Assembly: GCA_951406725.2 (NCBI GenBank)
Contig: OX597817.1
Location: 85,498,001 to 85,562,000, forward strand
Direction of reading: 5' to 3'
Length of the DNA: 64,000 bases
Source: Octopus vulgaris
Lineage: Eukaryota
Positions 25,693-37,901 of this stretch are shown here, piece after piece (position 1 is the first letter of the stretch; each line of letters starts with the position of its first letter). The notes below the pieces were generated by a model, which ran no database searches, was not told the DNA's origin, and was given only the letters and a program-made list of their open reading frames with translations. Both the position numbers and the translations under genes were made by a program.

Positions 25693-26044
25693 TGGTGCAG
25701 GTTCAGATGTGACTGTGCAGTAAGAAGTTTGCTTCCTCAGCCACATGGTTCTAGGTTCAGTCCCTCTGCATGACGCTTTAAACAACTGCCTTCTATTATA
25801 GATTTGGGCCAGCCAAAGTCTTGTGAGTTGATTTGGTAGATGAAAATTGAAAGAATCCTGCTGTGCGTGTGTGTGTGTGTGTGTGTTTGTTTGTCCCCTA
25901 CCACTGCTTGACAACCAGTGCTGGTTTGTTTATATCCCCATGAATTAGGCCAGCAAAAGAGACTGATAGAATAAGTACCAAGCTTAAAAAAGAAAGTTCT
26001 GGGGTTGCATAGTTGCAAAGTTCAATAACTGAAACAAGTAAAAG
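25693..26044 (+). mobile_element. SINE family A, older copy, head-to-head with 25208-25613
   Basis: ccacatggttctaggttcagtccc...ctgaaacaagtaaaag. Confidence 0.8.
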
Positions 26045-27019
26045 ATAATGATAAAATATAATATAATATAAAATATAATATTGTGTTAGAGATGTATTAA
26101 AATAGGCTATTATGAGTTTCTTCATACAATTAAGTAATAAAATATTAAATATGAGCTCAATCATATATGATGCTGAAAGGTTAATTAACACACTCGTTTT
26201 TTTATGTAATTGTTTGTTCTGGTCAAAATAGCTTTCTCTGCATAATCAGCATCTTATTCCCATAACAAACTTGTATTAGGAGATGGCTTATATCAAAATA
26301 ATTTCTTCTTCACTTCTCTGATTAATTTCAGCACCTCACGCTTTGTTTATAATTGCTTGTCAAACTATAGATTCCAAATGTTTTGTCTTCTTTCAGTAAT
26401 CAATTGGTTTTTTGTTTTTTTAATTAATAATCATAGATGGAGCTGAAAGAGAAGGAGAAGTGTTTATGACATTTCTTAGCCCTTCCAGGCTAGTGAGGTT
26501 ATTGTAACAGATACTCTGCTTGACTTTCTGTAGGGTAAATATATCGACAAGGTGAAAATTCTGAAGAAAAAAAAATGTTTTGTTTAAGACAGAGGGATGA
26601 AATAGCAATAGGTATGAGAAAAAAAGGAGAGAAAATTTTGTTGATTAGATCTGACTGGAGATTGCGTTCAGTAAACTAGTTCAGAAGAATAGGGTTTATT
26701 TTAATTGTAGTAGAAAAAGCAAAGATAGGAAATAACATATCTGTGAGCATATCTGTTGGCAAATAAGTCTGACAGTCATTTAAATAACCTTGTAGATGTG
26801 GTCAATGTTTCTAGCAGCAGCACAGTTCTAGATATGTGAATGGTATTCCATCATGGGTTGGACTTATGCTTTGTAGAGATAGCAAGTGGGCAGTGCATAA
26901 GTATTTTTTAGCCTTTAAGAGGAACCCAAGTCTTTCCAGTACAGTTTTTGCAATGATGTGAATGTGGTTGCATGTCTTGGTTCTCTGTTTTTTTCATTGT
27001 TCAAAAAAAGGATTGGTCT

Positions 27020-27915
27020 GCTTCTTGGCATCCTTCTGGCCTTGAGTCTAAAGTCACTAATAACTAGTCTATGCTGGGAGGGTACATCCTTCACCGGGGA
27101 GGGTCTTTGTATTTAACCCTTTAGTGTTTAAACCGGCCATATCTGGCCAAAATATTCTACCTATTTTATGTTTAAACTAGTCAGGTATAGTCATTCATAG
27201 CTATCTTATTGTGTCATTTTAAAAATAAACAATCACATCATTGAAATCTCAAAGCCATGAAATGATGCAAGATTAATTTTACATGGTGTGAATACATAAG
27301 CTTTACATTTGACAGAATAATCTGAATGCTAAAGGGTTAAGAGTGATCCTGCATCTCGCTGTGTGGTGAGGATTAAATCAATCCGGCTAGCAGAGTCACC
27401 TGATTGATAGGTTATCAGGTGGCTGTCTGGCTTCCTGAAGTTAGTGTTGCAGATTAATTGGTTGCATGCATCACAGAACTCCGGTAGCCTAGTTCCCTCT
27501 TTATTTCAGGAACCAATTCCATGGCTCCTGTGAACACCATGAAAGATACCACATTGCTGTCTGACATGCCCATTAAAATCTCCAGCTGCAAAGATGAGGT
27601 CATTGCCACTCGTCTTTGAGGTAGCCTGTAGAAGGGTGTCATAAAAGTGGTCCTTCTGATGGTTTGGTTGACCTACCTGTGGGCAGAGATAATTGTAGCT
27701 ATACTATTCTGCAGAACTGGCCTGAGCTTAAGCACTCTATCGCATACCCTGAGACTACCTCTATGACCTTATCCACCTATTTCTCCACAAGGAATATGCC
27801 TACACCCCCTTCTCCATCACTGTTACCTTCCCAAAAGATTTTATACCTATGTGCCTTGCCTGTGAGGACCCTGGCTGAAGTGCCTCTCCACCTTACCTCT
27901 TGCAGCATATAGACC
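27020..27915 (-). mobile_element. RTE APE-endonuclease remnant, interrupted by a piggyBac MITE
   Basis: Reverse strand shows YKIFWEGNSDGEGGVGIFLVEK and, across the MITE, ...LLNTKTLPGEG...QHRLVISDF. Confidence 0.75.
27117..27336. mobile_element. piggyBac-type MITE (220 bp)
   Basis: TTAA|CCCTTTAG...CTAAAGGG|TTAA, with TTAA TSDs at 27113-27116 and 27337-27340. Removing it restores the host RTE reading. Confidence 0.88.
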
Positions 27916-27919
27916 TTTC

Positions 27920-30700
27920 ATGTAATGTTTGTCAGCTGACTCATGCAGAACTTTAGCCTTCTTGTTTCATCCACTGTTGCTTCATTTTTTGGAGTTTAGT
28001 TTGAACAGAGTTTTTGGAAGACTTGTAAAGCCTTTTTTTTAAATTTTATCTCTAGCAGTGTTCTTATCTACAATTTATTCTTTGTGAAGTTGGTACATTT
28101 CTTGAAGCTGTTCATTTATGACCTCATCATTTTCATCAAACCAATCTTAGTTTTTACAGCATTAAAACCCAAGATCTTCTCTGCATAATGCATAAATAGT
28201 ATCTCTAAGTTGATCCCATAATTCTTTTATATTTTCCATGATTCTAACATTATGTATCAGGCCATCCCATAACTTCTGTCCGATTTTACCTTTTTTACAA
28301 TTGAGTGAAATATAATAGTATTTTAGAACGTCTAATGGAATTAAAAATTATCTTTATGCATTTGTGTACATTTCAGCTAATTATAATAGAATTATAGAAT
28401 TAATTTTTCTTTGATTAAAATCCTTTCTAACATGAAAGTATCCAAAGAGCATTTGAGGCACATAATGCTTTATGAGTACAAAAAAGGAAACTCTGCAGCT
28501 GAAGCAACTTGAAACATACACCCAGTTTATGGGAAAGAATGCTTTAATGAAAGAACTTGAAGAAGATGGTTTGCAAAATTCAGAAGTGGAGATTTCATCC
28601 TTGAAGATGAAGATCGAACAGGACGTCCAGTTGAGTTTGATAAGCTCCTTGAGGCATTACTTGAAGAAAATCCTGCATTATCAGTTGAATAATTGGCAAT
28701 AAAGCTTAGTTCAAACCATACAAATGTTCATCATCTTCAACAACTTGGAAAGGTTCCTAAACTTGGAAAATCGGTGTCTCATGAATTGTCCAAAAGCAAC
28801 TGCAAATCCTGAGTTGACGCCTGCTCTTCTCTCCATTCTCATGAACTCATTTCACCCTTTTTGGATAGACTTGTGACTGGTGATGAAAAATGGATCTTCT
28901 ATTGAAATGTTAAATGTCATTAACATTGGCTTGGTAAAAGGGAAAAAGCTCAACCACAACCGAGAAAGGAACTTCATGGGAAAAAAGTTCTTCTCTCTAT
29001 CTGGTGGGATTGCAAAGGAGTAATTCACTTTGAATTGTTACCACCTAATACAACAATCAATGCTCAAGTCTACTGTCAGCAATTAGAGTGTTTGAAGGGA
29101 AAAAGACCCACTTTGGTGAATCGAAAAGGAGTGATGTTTCATCAGGACAATGCGCGACCCCACACTGCAAAGATCACATCACAGAAAATCGAAGGGCTTG
29201 GTTGGGAAAAAGTTCCTCATCCCCCCTTATTCTCCCGACTTTACTCCTTCAGACTACTATTTGTTTCATAGTTTACATAAGCATTTGGGGGACATAACTT
29301 TTGCAAGCCAGGAGGAGGTCGAAACTGACATTTCAGAGTTCTTCGCTTTGAAACCAAAATAGTTTTACATTGACAGGATTAAAAAGCTTATAAATAGATA
29401 GAAGGAAGTGACAGATAATCAGGGAAAGTAAATTGATGATTAAATTTCAATTAAATATAACATTTGATCACTTGTTTTCTTTATTCATAATTCGGACAGA
29501 ACTTATGAGATGACCTGATAGTTTTATATCAAGTGTTTGAGCAAGAATATCCTTATTGTTATCTACTTTGAGCTTCGAAATATCAAGTTTCCTTATAATC
29601 TTTTTGCAATTTTGTTTTCTGGCTGGTTTTGGTTTCATTTTTATCTTTGCTTTATGGAAAGAACATGTTAGTTTAACATCATTTCTATCTCAGCTTCAGA
29701 CAATCACATCATTAATCAAGTGTTCATAACATGATCTGTGATGATGCCAACTTATTTTGTTTTTACTGCACTGTTCAAAAAGTGTATTGGTGACAGAAAG
29801 TCCAAACTCACTAAACAAAGATAGTAGCAGGACTCCATTTGAGTTCATTTTGCCAAGACAATGCTTACCAAGAAAGGTAATCTGATCTAACAGAGGCATT
29901 AAAATTTCTTAAAAGAAAAATTTTATCTTGATTGGAAACTTGATTCAGTAATATTCATAAATCAGAATAGAATTTGTTTTTAGCTGTGTCTGTAAGGCCA
30001 AGTATTGGTGTGTCTGTACTTATTAGGGCAGCATATTTTTCTAGTCCAATTGTGAATCACAATAACATAAGACAATCATCATTAATTCCATTTGGTAAAT
30101 ATTCTAGTTTATGTACCATATCACTACTAATAACAAAACCCACACCAGATTCCTACTTTTCTGCTTCTGATTTGCTAATCCAGAAGTAAGTATACCCTCC
30201 AACTACTTCACTCAGTTTGACCAGAATCTGGTAGCCTTGCCTCTAAAAATACAAACATTTTTACTTCTCAGAAACCATGCCATAAGTGCTGTTTTGGGCT
30301 CAGGGTGCTTGTGGTCCTGAAGTGTGTATATGTTCCAGCTGCTATATTCACATCTGTTTTCTTTTGTCTTCTCATACTTTTTTTTTGTTTTTGCAATATA
30401 ACAGGATTCTATGAGCAAGCAATTTTTAGCTTACCTTTTCTATCCCCCTCCCCACATAAAGGAAAGCAGTACCATCTTAAATAGCCTGCTTTTTTGTTAA
30501 GAAGAGGACGTAGACTGCGAAATTGCTCACATAGGTTTCACAGAACAGCCACGTACTTCTTACCTCCATATGTGCAAAGCTTAAGCTAGAGATCTCCAGT
30601 GACTTTCTCAACCTGTTCTCATCACAATCACTTCATCGCCATTAGATTTGATTTGTCCTCATGTTGTTACTGAACGACCAGCACTAGGATTTTGTTTAAA
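27920..30700 (-). mobile_element. Old RTE/BovB-like 5' half (endonuclease), split by the mariner insertion
   Basis: Right of the mariner: GKMNSNGVLLLSLFSEFGLSVTNTLF...SWHH..S..HLINDVIV. Left of the mariner: DWFDENDEVI motif on the same strand. Confidence 0.7.
28257..29518 (+). mobile_element. Full-length defective mariner (DD34D) transposon, 1262 bp
   Basis: TA TSDs and ~27-bp TIRs (tcaggccatcccataacttctgtccga / tcggacagaacttatgagatgacctga). The transposase pseudogene runs from ATG 28432 (MKVSKEHLRHIMLYEYKKG) with VTGDEKW, HQDNARPH and YSPDFTPSDYYLF, and has several stops and frameshifts. Confidence 0.95.
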
Positions 30701-30867
30701 GGGAAATTGGCTTGTGCTGTATAAAACCTAACCTCTCCATCTAAAAATCATAACTTGTACTAGTACAGTGTGCCACTTGTCAGATGTAGACTAGGTCTCA
30801 GATCAAGTAGTGATAGTATGGCTTGATCAACCATTACATTGAGTTGGTGGCTCAACACACACATACA

Positions 30868-30929
<62 letters not shown>

Positions 30930-33900
30930 GAATATAAAATATAAATATAAAAAATATATATCATATGTATGTTTGTTTGCTTGCTTGTATGTATGTATCT
31001 ATGTATGTATGTAAGTATTTATGTATGCATGTATATATGACATTACCATCAGAACTCAGATGCATCATTGCATGTTGCCATAGTTTATGATAAATTCCTT
31101 TAGAGAGAGAGACAGATTGAAGAATTTGATAAATACATGAGCTCATTTCTGAGTCCACTATTTGGAAATAATAGAATGGACACCAGCAGTGCTATACAGT
31201 TTGTTGGATTGCAGTGATTGGAGAAATTTCCATGCATTGGCAACCGAGTGTTCATAGCAGTGAGTAAGGATAGAATGTTTATGGTGGTGAGTTTTGTTTT
31301 GTATGTGGTGTTGAGAAAAAAGTGATGGGCAAATGTAGTAGCTTTATTTGTAGAAGTGCTACTTAGAGAGCCATCATGTTTGAGAAGTAGTGAGTAGGAA
31401 GAAAGGTTACTATTTTGGAAGAAAGAGACCTGCTATAAACTGATTTAAAGTATCAGAGGATTTTTTCCAATGGGTTCTGTACTGTGTAAAAAAATTAGCA
31501 ATTGTGTTACCTTGATCAGCAGTGGTCAGACAATCTGATGAAATAAGAATTCTTGAAGGAAGAGTAAAGCTAGGCTGGAAGATAAGAAAGATGATGTCTG
31601 TTTGGAGTACCAGAATCATAGTTAGAACTATGTGCAGATGAGGAAAATAAATGATATGGACAGTTCAGAATAATAATTGATTCAGTCTGAGTACCATTAA
31701 TGTCATAGTAGGACTAATGAGAGAACCAAGAAGAAATGTACAATGTCACTGAGAATGATGACTAAATAAAGGAGTAAGTTGAAATAGATGTCTTTAGTAC
31801 AGGATGAGAGATAGACAAACAACTGCTGCTGGCTGGAAGAGTTTGGAGTATGGTAAATAAATAACTAAAATATATATACTTTTGTATAGAGAATGTACTA
31901 TTATAAACTATAATTTTGCAATGTAGCATTTTTGACAATCAAATATAATAGCAATCTATCTAAGCACCATCTGTTTATTTAGCTATTCACTCATTCATAT
32001 TGTCTAGAAATGACCATTTAAAACTCATGGGGTTCTTGTTTATTTCATATTTTTGTCATCTTTCATTTTATAGCATTAAAGTATTTTCAAATTTAATAAA
32101 TGTCAAAACTAAAATAACAAGAAAGCTTTCACAGAATAAGCATAGATTTAATAACAGAGAATGTATTGATTTATTATAAGCTAAACACTAACTGGAAAAA
32201 TCTTGTAGCCAAACTATATTTTCTAATTTTATCAGAAGGATGACAATGATGATCACAATGATGATGGTGGGGGTGAAGAAGAAGAAGAAGAAGAACATCA
32301 TCATCATCATCATCATCATCAAAATAACAACTGCTTAAAAATATTAGTATCAGAATGAGATACTGTACAATTATTTGTAAGCTTAGGGAGTTATCTAGAC
32401 ACGTGTTAGTAGTATTGTTACAAAATCAGTTTTACATGCAGAAGCATTATGCAAGCTTAATCAAGAAGTAGTATACAAGCTTAAAGTAGATTAGAGATAT
32501 AGTATGGTTTCACTTTCTCTTTTGTTTAGTTAAATGGAAAGTAAATTGTGCAGGTTTAAAGCTACATATCTTAAACATTCCATCAGCACTTTGTAAGTTA
32601 AACTATGATGAAAAAATTAATTGAAGAGTATATGATTAACTCATCCAATATCGCAGTTAATAATTGAAGAATTTATGGTTTACTCAGTTATTCCTTTCTA
32701 TCTTGATTGCGGAAAATATTGATTGATGATTTAGGACTTATAAATAGGGTCTCTATCTGGAAAAAAGACTGACGAAATTTAAAGAGATTTTGGTACATTG
32801 AACTTGTTGAGGAAACTGTGAAGTACTTATTTTTTATAGAATTGATAATATCATCATTTTTAGACCAATACCAATATTAATGTTATGGAGTCTCTTTTGG
32901 CATTTGGAACCACAAAAGAAAAACAGAACGATTAATGACACTACATATATTGGTTGCTGAAGTGCAATGAGTAAGCCTAGCAGCAACATCAACTAAATAG
33001 AACTGCCTTTAAAAATAGTTTTAAAAATCTTTAAAAAATCTAAGTGTCAGTGGCATAGTGGATGAGGACTATTACTGTTTGTTTAGAAATAAATATTCCT
33101 AGTTAGAATTCAATAGGGTACTACGTACTTGTCTAGGAATAAGAAACCTGATGATGACTGGAGACTGAACTAATTGAAACACAGAGGAGATATAAAATAG
33201 AATTAAAAAGTTTGCTTCACAGACTTTTTGAATTCAGTTCCTGGGCAAATGTTTTCTACTATTTCTGTGGGTTGCCCAACAATATCTCATGAGTGAGATT
33301 TGGTAAACAGAAACACTACCATCACCACTGAGTGTGTATGTGTGTATCTGACCGTCTGTCTGTTTGTCTGACTACGTGTGTGTTTGTGTTCTAAGCCTTT
33401 GCATTAATGCCACTTTGGCAGTACTGTTGTTCGTGTCTCCCATATGTAATGTCCAGTGGTTATTTTATATACAAAAATGTGATATAATGTATGGTAGTTG
33501 ATAAATAAGTAACGGTTGGCATCAGGATGAGCCAGACTAAGAATACTGCCTCCAGCAGTCTTGTCTAACCCAAGTCAGCATGGAAAAAGTGCTTGTAAAA
33601 ATGATGTAAAAAAAGTGCGGGTAAAAAAAAGTGGTGGTGGCAGCAGTGATGGTGGGAGGGGGCAGTGGTGGTAGGGATGGGTGGTGGTGGTATAACAGAA
33701 GCAATAGTAGTAGCTGTGGTGATGGTGGTATTTCCTCATTAAAGATGAGGTTAATAGTCTAAAAAATTTGTAATCATATCAATGATAATTTATATCAGGC
33801 TTTTTTATTTTTTTATTCAAAATCTGTTTTATTCAGAAAATTTTAAGTTCCTTAGCCTTAGCAAAAATGTATTTTGCTATTAATGTTTAGTTATTTCATT

Positions 33901-34399
33901 ATTCTATCTATACAAGCCCCATTTTTTATCCTTTGAAAATTCACTAGCTCAAAGCTCAATTTATGATTCATGGTTACTTACAACTCTGTATTATCTGAAT
34001 TGTTGCATGCTTCCTGTCAAGGCCCTTTCTCTATTTATTTCTTTTTAATGTACTCAGGTACCAAACATCACCAGTTTTATTTCTGTTTCTCAATTTTTAG
34101 CAAGATGTTCTCAAAGTGGAGGAGTCTAAATTAGACTATTGTTAGGATGGTGGAGGTAGATTTGTCTGATAAAAACAGAATTCATATCCTCACTCAATAA
34201 ATTTCATCTGAATCATGGGAACATGTTAATGTGGACATTAAAATGATAATGTTGATGATAATAATAATAATAATCAAAATAATAATTATATACAATATAT
34301 TATGGGGCTGAGGACTCTTTGGTGGAAGGACAGCAAAGGAGGTCATGTAAACAGAAGGACGACGAGTGTGTGTCTCTTTTATTTTGGGGCTGTCATTCA

Positions 34400-35329
34400 G
34401 GATGGATGTGGTGGTCGTGTGAGTTTGAGGAATTTGTCAGGCTCTGTGGATGAATTGCTGATGGACCGTGGCACTGCATTTCACTCAGAGGTGCTGAAGG
34501 AAATGGTTGATAAGTGGAATGTGAACTACTTTTTCCGAGCAGTGTATAGGCTGTGGAAATGGGATTGTGGAGAGACACCATTGCATGATCAAGGCCATGG
34601 TGGAAAGGGGACATATCTCACTAACTGAGACAGTATTTTGGCATATATCAGCCCGATCAAGACAGGCTGAGATGTCAGTGCTACATAGAACGATATTCAG
34701 ATATGAATGATGACGTTTGTGTTTGGTGTCACAGCAACTTGTGAAAGAAATAGAGCCTGCCTTCATGCAGGCAGGGGATGAATTCTAGGTCAAGTTCCCA
34801 AATGCACACTGCACACCTCAATGAGAAAAAGGAATAGTAATAGCTGTTAATTCTTGAAACAATGTATCTCTGTATGGAATGGTACATAATACCTTGGATG
34901 TCTGCAGGAGCATCAATTTGTTGGATGATGAAGGTGGAGGAGAGGATGCAGCACTTCATCTCTGTGGAAGTCACAGCATGTGAAACATCTGCCCAGGTGG
35001 ATGGTAGAATTTTGACAAGATGGGGAGATCTTTGAGATCAGTGAGGCATGTGGGACTGAAGCAAGATAGTATAGGGTCAGTGACATTATATGAACAGCCA
35101 GAAGCCTTGCCAGAAAGACAGGAATGAGGGAGGTTGTGTGAGCAGAAAGACAATTAACATGGGCCTCTTTTGCTTTGGGGATGTAACTCAGGATGGATGT
35201 GGTGGCCATGTGAATTTGGGGAATTTGCCATTAGGTTCTGGCCAGAGTTTAGGCAGGTAAGGCTCTCATGGATTGACATTACAAGAGGATCCATGAAGCT
35301 GATAAACTACACTTTTTACCCGTACCACA
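34400..35329 (+). mobile_element. Gypsy-like LTR retrotransposon remnant: integrase core, PPT and probable 3' LTR
   Basis: ELLMDRGTAFHSE...RAVYR / GNGIVERHHCMIK (integrase D..E region). A purine tract (ggaatgagggagg) is followed by TGTG...CACA (~35135-35329). Confidence 0.65.
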
Positions 35330-36293
35330 TATATAATAAATCTCTTATTATAAAAGGCAGATTTTATCTGCCTCCCTTTGTAACTTATAGAAATCTACAA
35401 TATAGGATTTCTTCAATTACAATTTACCTAGCATTTTTAAGAGTAGAATGCATCGGGTCATGCCAGGTCCAGTTTTTAAAATTTAAACTCCAATTAAGCA
35501 AAATTTACAGAAAACTCACATTCTGGTGTGTATGTCAAATGCTTTTCTTAATGTGGTTTACACCACACGCACACGCACACACACAAAAAGGGAGCGATCT
35601 CATTCACTCACGCTATCACTCATTTCTGCGACTTTCTCTTTGCATGTTTGCAGCGATTAAAGTGAAACTAATTCGATAAAACGAGAGAAGTGTACCTTAA
35701 ACCACTACTAAAAAAGAAAAAACAGCAAACAGAAACAAATAAATACATAACGATTTACTCCTCACACAATTTCTTCAATTAGAGTGTACCCATGATTTTT
35801 CAGAGTACTTCAGTGGGTGATGCCATAAAAAATTTCTTTCAATTTTACCACCAATTAAGACAAAATTCGAGAAAACTCAATATTTTAACATATCACTCTG
35901 AAAGCATTGATGTACATGTGTGCGTGCGTGAGTGTGTGTGTGTAATTCCTCACACACACGCATACACATACATATATGAGAGTGGCAAACACAAACGTTT
36001 CAAACAACTACATACAAACACGTGTGTGTTTGTTATTAGTAAAAAAGGCGCCAAAACACAACTCACTTATCATTCCAACACATTTGCAAAGACACACGGA
36101 CGGTGGAATTGCTATAACAATACAGAAAAGGTAAATTGGTTTAAATTTTACTCTGTATATATTTTATTATATAATATTATATATAGATATATGTATATAT
36201 AATTGCAGTATGAAACAGTGTTTATGTATAAACAGACGACACTTATATATAGTTATTATAATAAGAGATTAATAAATGTATGCATCCGTTTAA

Positions 36294-36610
36294 CCCTTTC
36301 GTTACCAAACCGCCTGAATTTACCTATTCATATTTAAATGAGAATATCAGAGCAAATCTCTTTAGTACATTCGTGAAAACACGTATTATACTTCGTAAAC
36401 ACTTCAACTACAGTTTTGTACAAAAATCGAAGTGTAATTTTAATTCCGTGAATTATGGGAGATTTTTTTCCGAAATTTGTTCCTATTGTGTTTTCAAAAT
36501 TTGTAATTCTGACAAAAAATGGATACGAATTTCATTATATCAAGCAGCGAGTCAGAATTCGAAGGATTTTCTACTGAAGACCTTCATAAATCTAACTCTA
36601 TGACTGAAAA
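36294..36610 (+). mobile_element. piggyBac-like left end with start of transposase
   Basis: TTAA|CCCTTTCGTTACC terminus followed by ATG 36519 MDTNFIISSSESEFEGFSTEDL (acidic N-terminus). Truncated at the Helitron start. Confidence 0.55.
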
Positions 36611-36619
36611 AAAAAAGCA

Positions 36620-37013
36620 TCTTTATATAAGAGTGAAGTTGTGTGTCTGTCTCCTACGATTTAGATTCGTAACTACTCCCACATTTTGTGGTGCAGTTTA
36701 ACCAAAAGCGGGTATCTTATAGTTGTGATTCATATCGAGCCCTTCTGGGTATTAGCGCGCGTCTATGATGAGTCTACGATTTTAAAAAAATTTACCATCA
36801 TATTTTTCCATTTTAATGCATTTTTTTCGCTTTTATATAAGGGAAGTAACTCTCTAAAAATATCTACGATGTGTCAACGATTTTAAAAAAATTTGCCTTA
36901 ATTTTTTTTCAATTTTTAATGCATTTTTTTGCTATTTTTTGGCTATAACTCTCTAAAAATGCTTATATAGTTATTTCCCTTACAACCCGAGCAACGCCGG
37001 GCGATACTGCTAG
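36620..37013 (+). mobile_element. Non-autonomous Helitron (394 bp)
   Basis: 5' end A|TCTTTATATAAGAG; 3' GC hairpin CCCGAGCAACGCCGGG, 8 nt before CTAG|T; no TSD. Confidence 0.82.
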
Positions 37014-37667
37014 TAATATATAATTTATAATAATATGTAATGTATAATAAAGTATCTAACAGCATCATTATTGATTTGGTGAACATTTTACTCTAATTTG
37101 GCATCATTCAGTTGGCAATATAGTACATGACACCTTGGGCAAATATCTGCTACTATAACCTTGTGCCAACCAAAGCTGTGTGGGTGGATTTGGTTGATGG
37201 AAACTAAAAAAATCCATTGTGTTTATACATATCTATGTGTGTGTGTCTTTGTCTCTTTGTTTGTCCCTTATCACTGTTTGACAATCAGTGTTGGTGTGTT
37301 TATGCCCCTGTAACTTAGCAGTTCAGCAAATATTCAATACTGGGGTTAATTCATTTGATTAAAAATTCTTTGAAGTGATCCCCTGCATGGCCGCAGTCTA
37401 ATGACTGAAACAAGTAAAAGATAAAAGATATAAGATATAATATATATATATATAATTTATATTTACACATATATGATTTATACATACATACATGATGCAT
37501 ATGTACGTACATAAGTACATATGTACATATGTATATATATATTATCCAAAGTGTACAGTATTATTTAGCCATTACAGATGTATAATACTGTACACTTCGG
37601 ATAATATACCCACTCTATCGACAGATAAACAGATGCATTTTTTCCTGACTTATGGACTCTTAGACAG

Positions 37668-37707
<40 letters not shown>

Positions 37708-37772
37708 TATATAAAAGTAAAGAGTAAAAGAGTCAAAAGGAAGAGTAAGTACGGTTAGGCAGCTTTTTAATG

Positions 37773-37901
37773 ATCACTACAAATGTTTCGATACATATAG
37801 ATCTACATATATATACAGGATTTAAATTTAAATTTTAATTAAATTAAATTAGGTAACGATTTCCCTGTATAATAAGATCCATACGTATCTCCTTGGGCGA
37901 T
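37773..37901 (-). ncRNA. Decayed hammerhead-like motif with long stem II
   Basis: Reverse strand: atcgc-CCAAGGA-gatacgtatggatct...agatctatatgtatc-GAAAC-attt-GTA-gtgat. Stem I is 5 bp and stem II ~15 bp; the core differs from CUGANGA at two positions. Confidence 0.45.

Larger units (their letters stand above)
35341..37013 (+). mobile_element. Possible compound Helitron using an upstream 5' end
   Basis: A second Helitron-like start, A|TCTCTTATTATAAAAGG, lies at 35341 and no separate CTAG/hairpin end was seen before 37013. CpG-retaining sequence throughout contrasts with the flanks. Confidence 0.5.

Noticed and set aside
33148-33190. CTGATGA...GAAAC hammerhead-like spacing
   Set aside because: No GUH cleavage triplet or stem I after GAAAC, and a weak stem II; at best a dead remnant.
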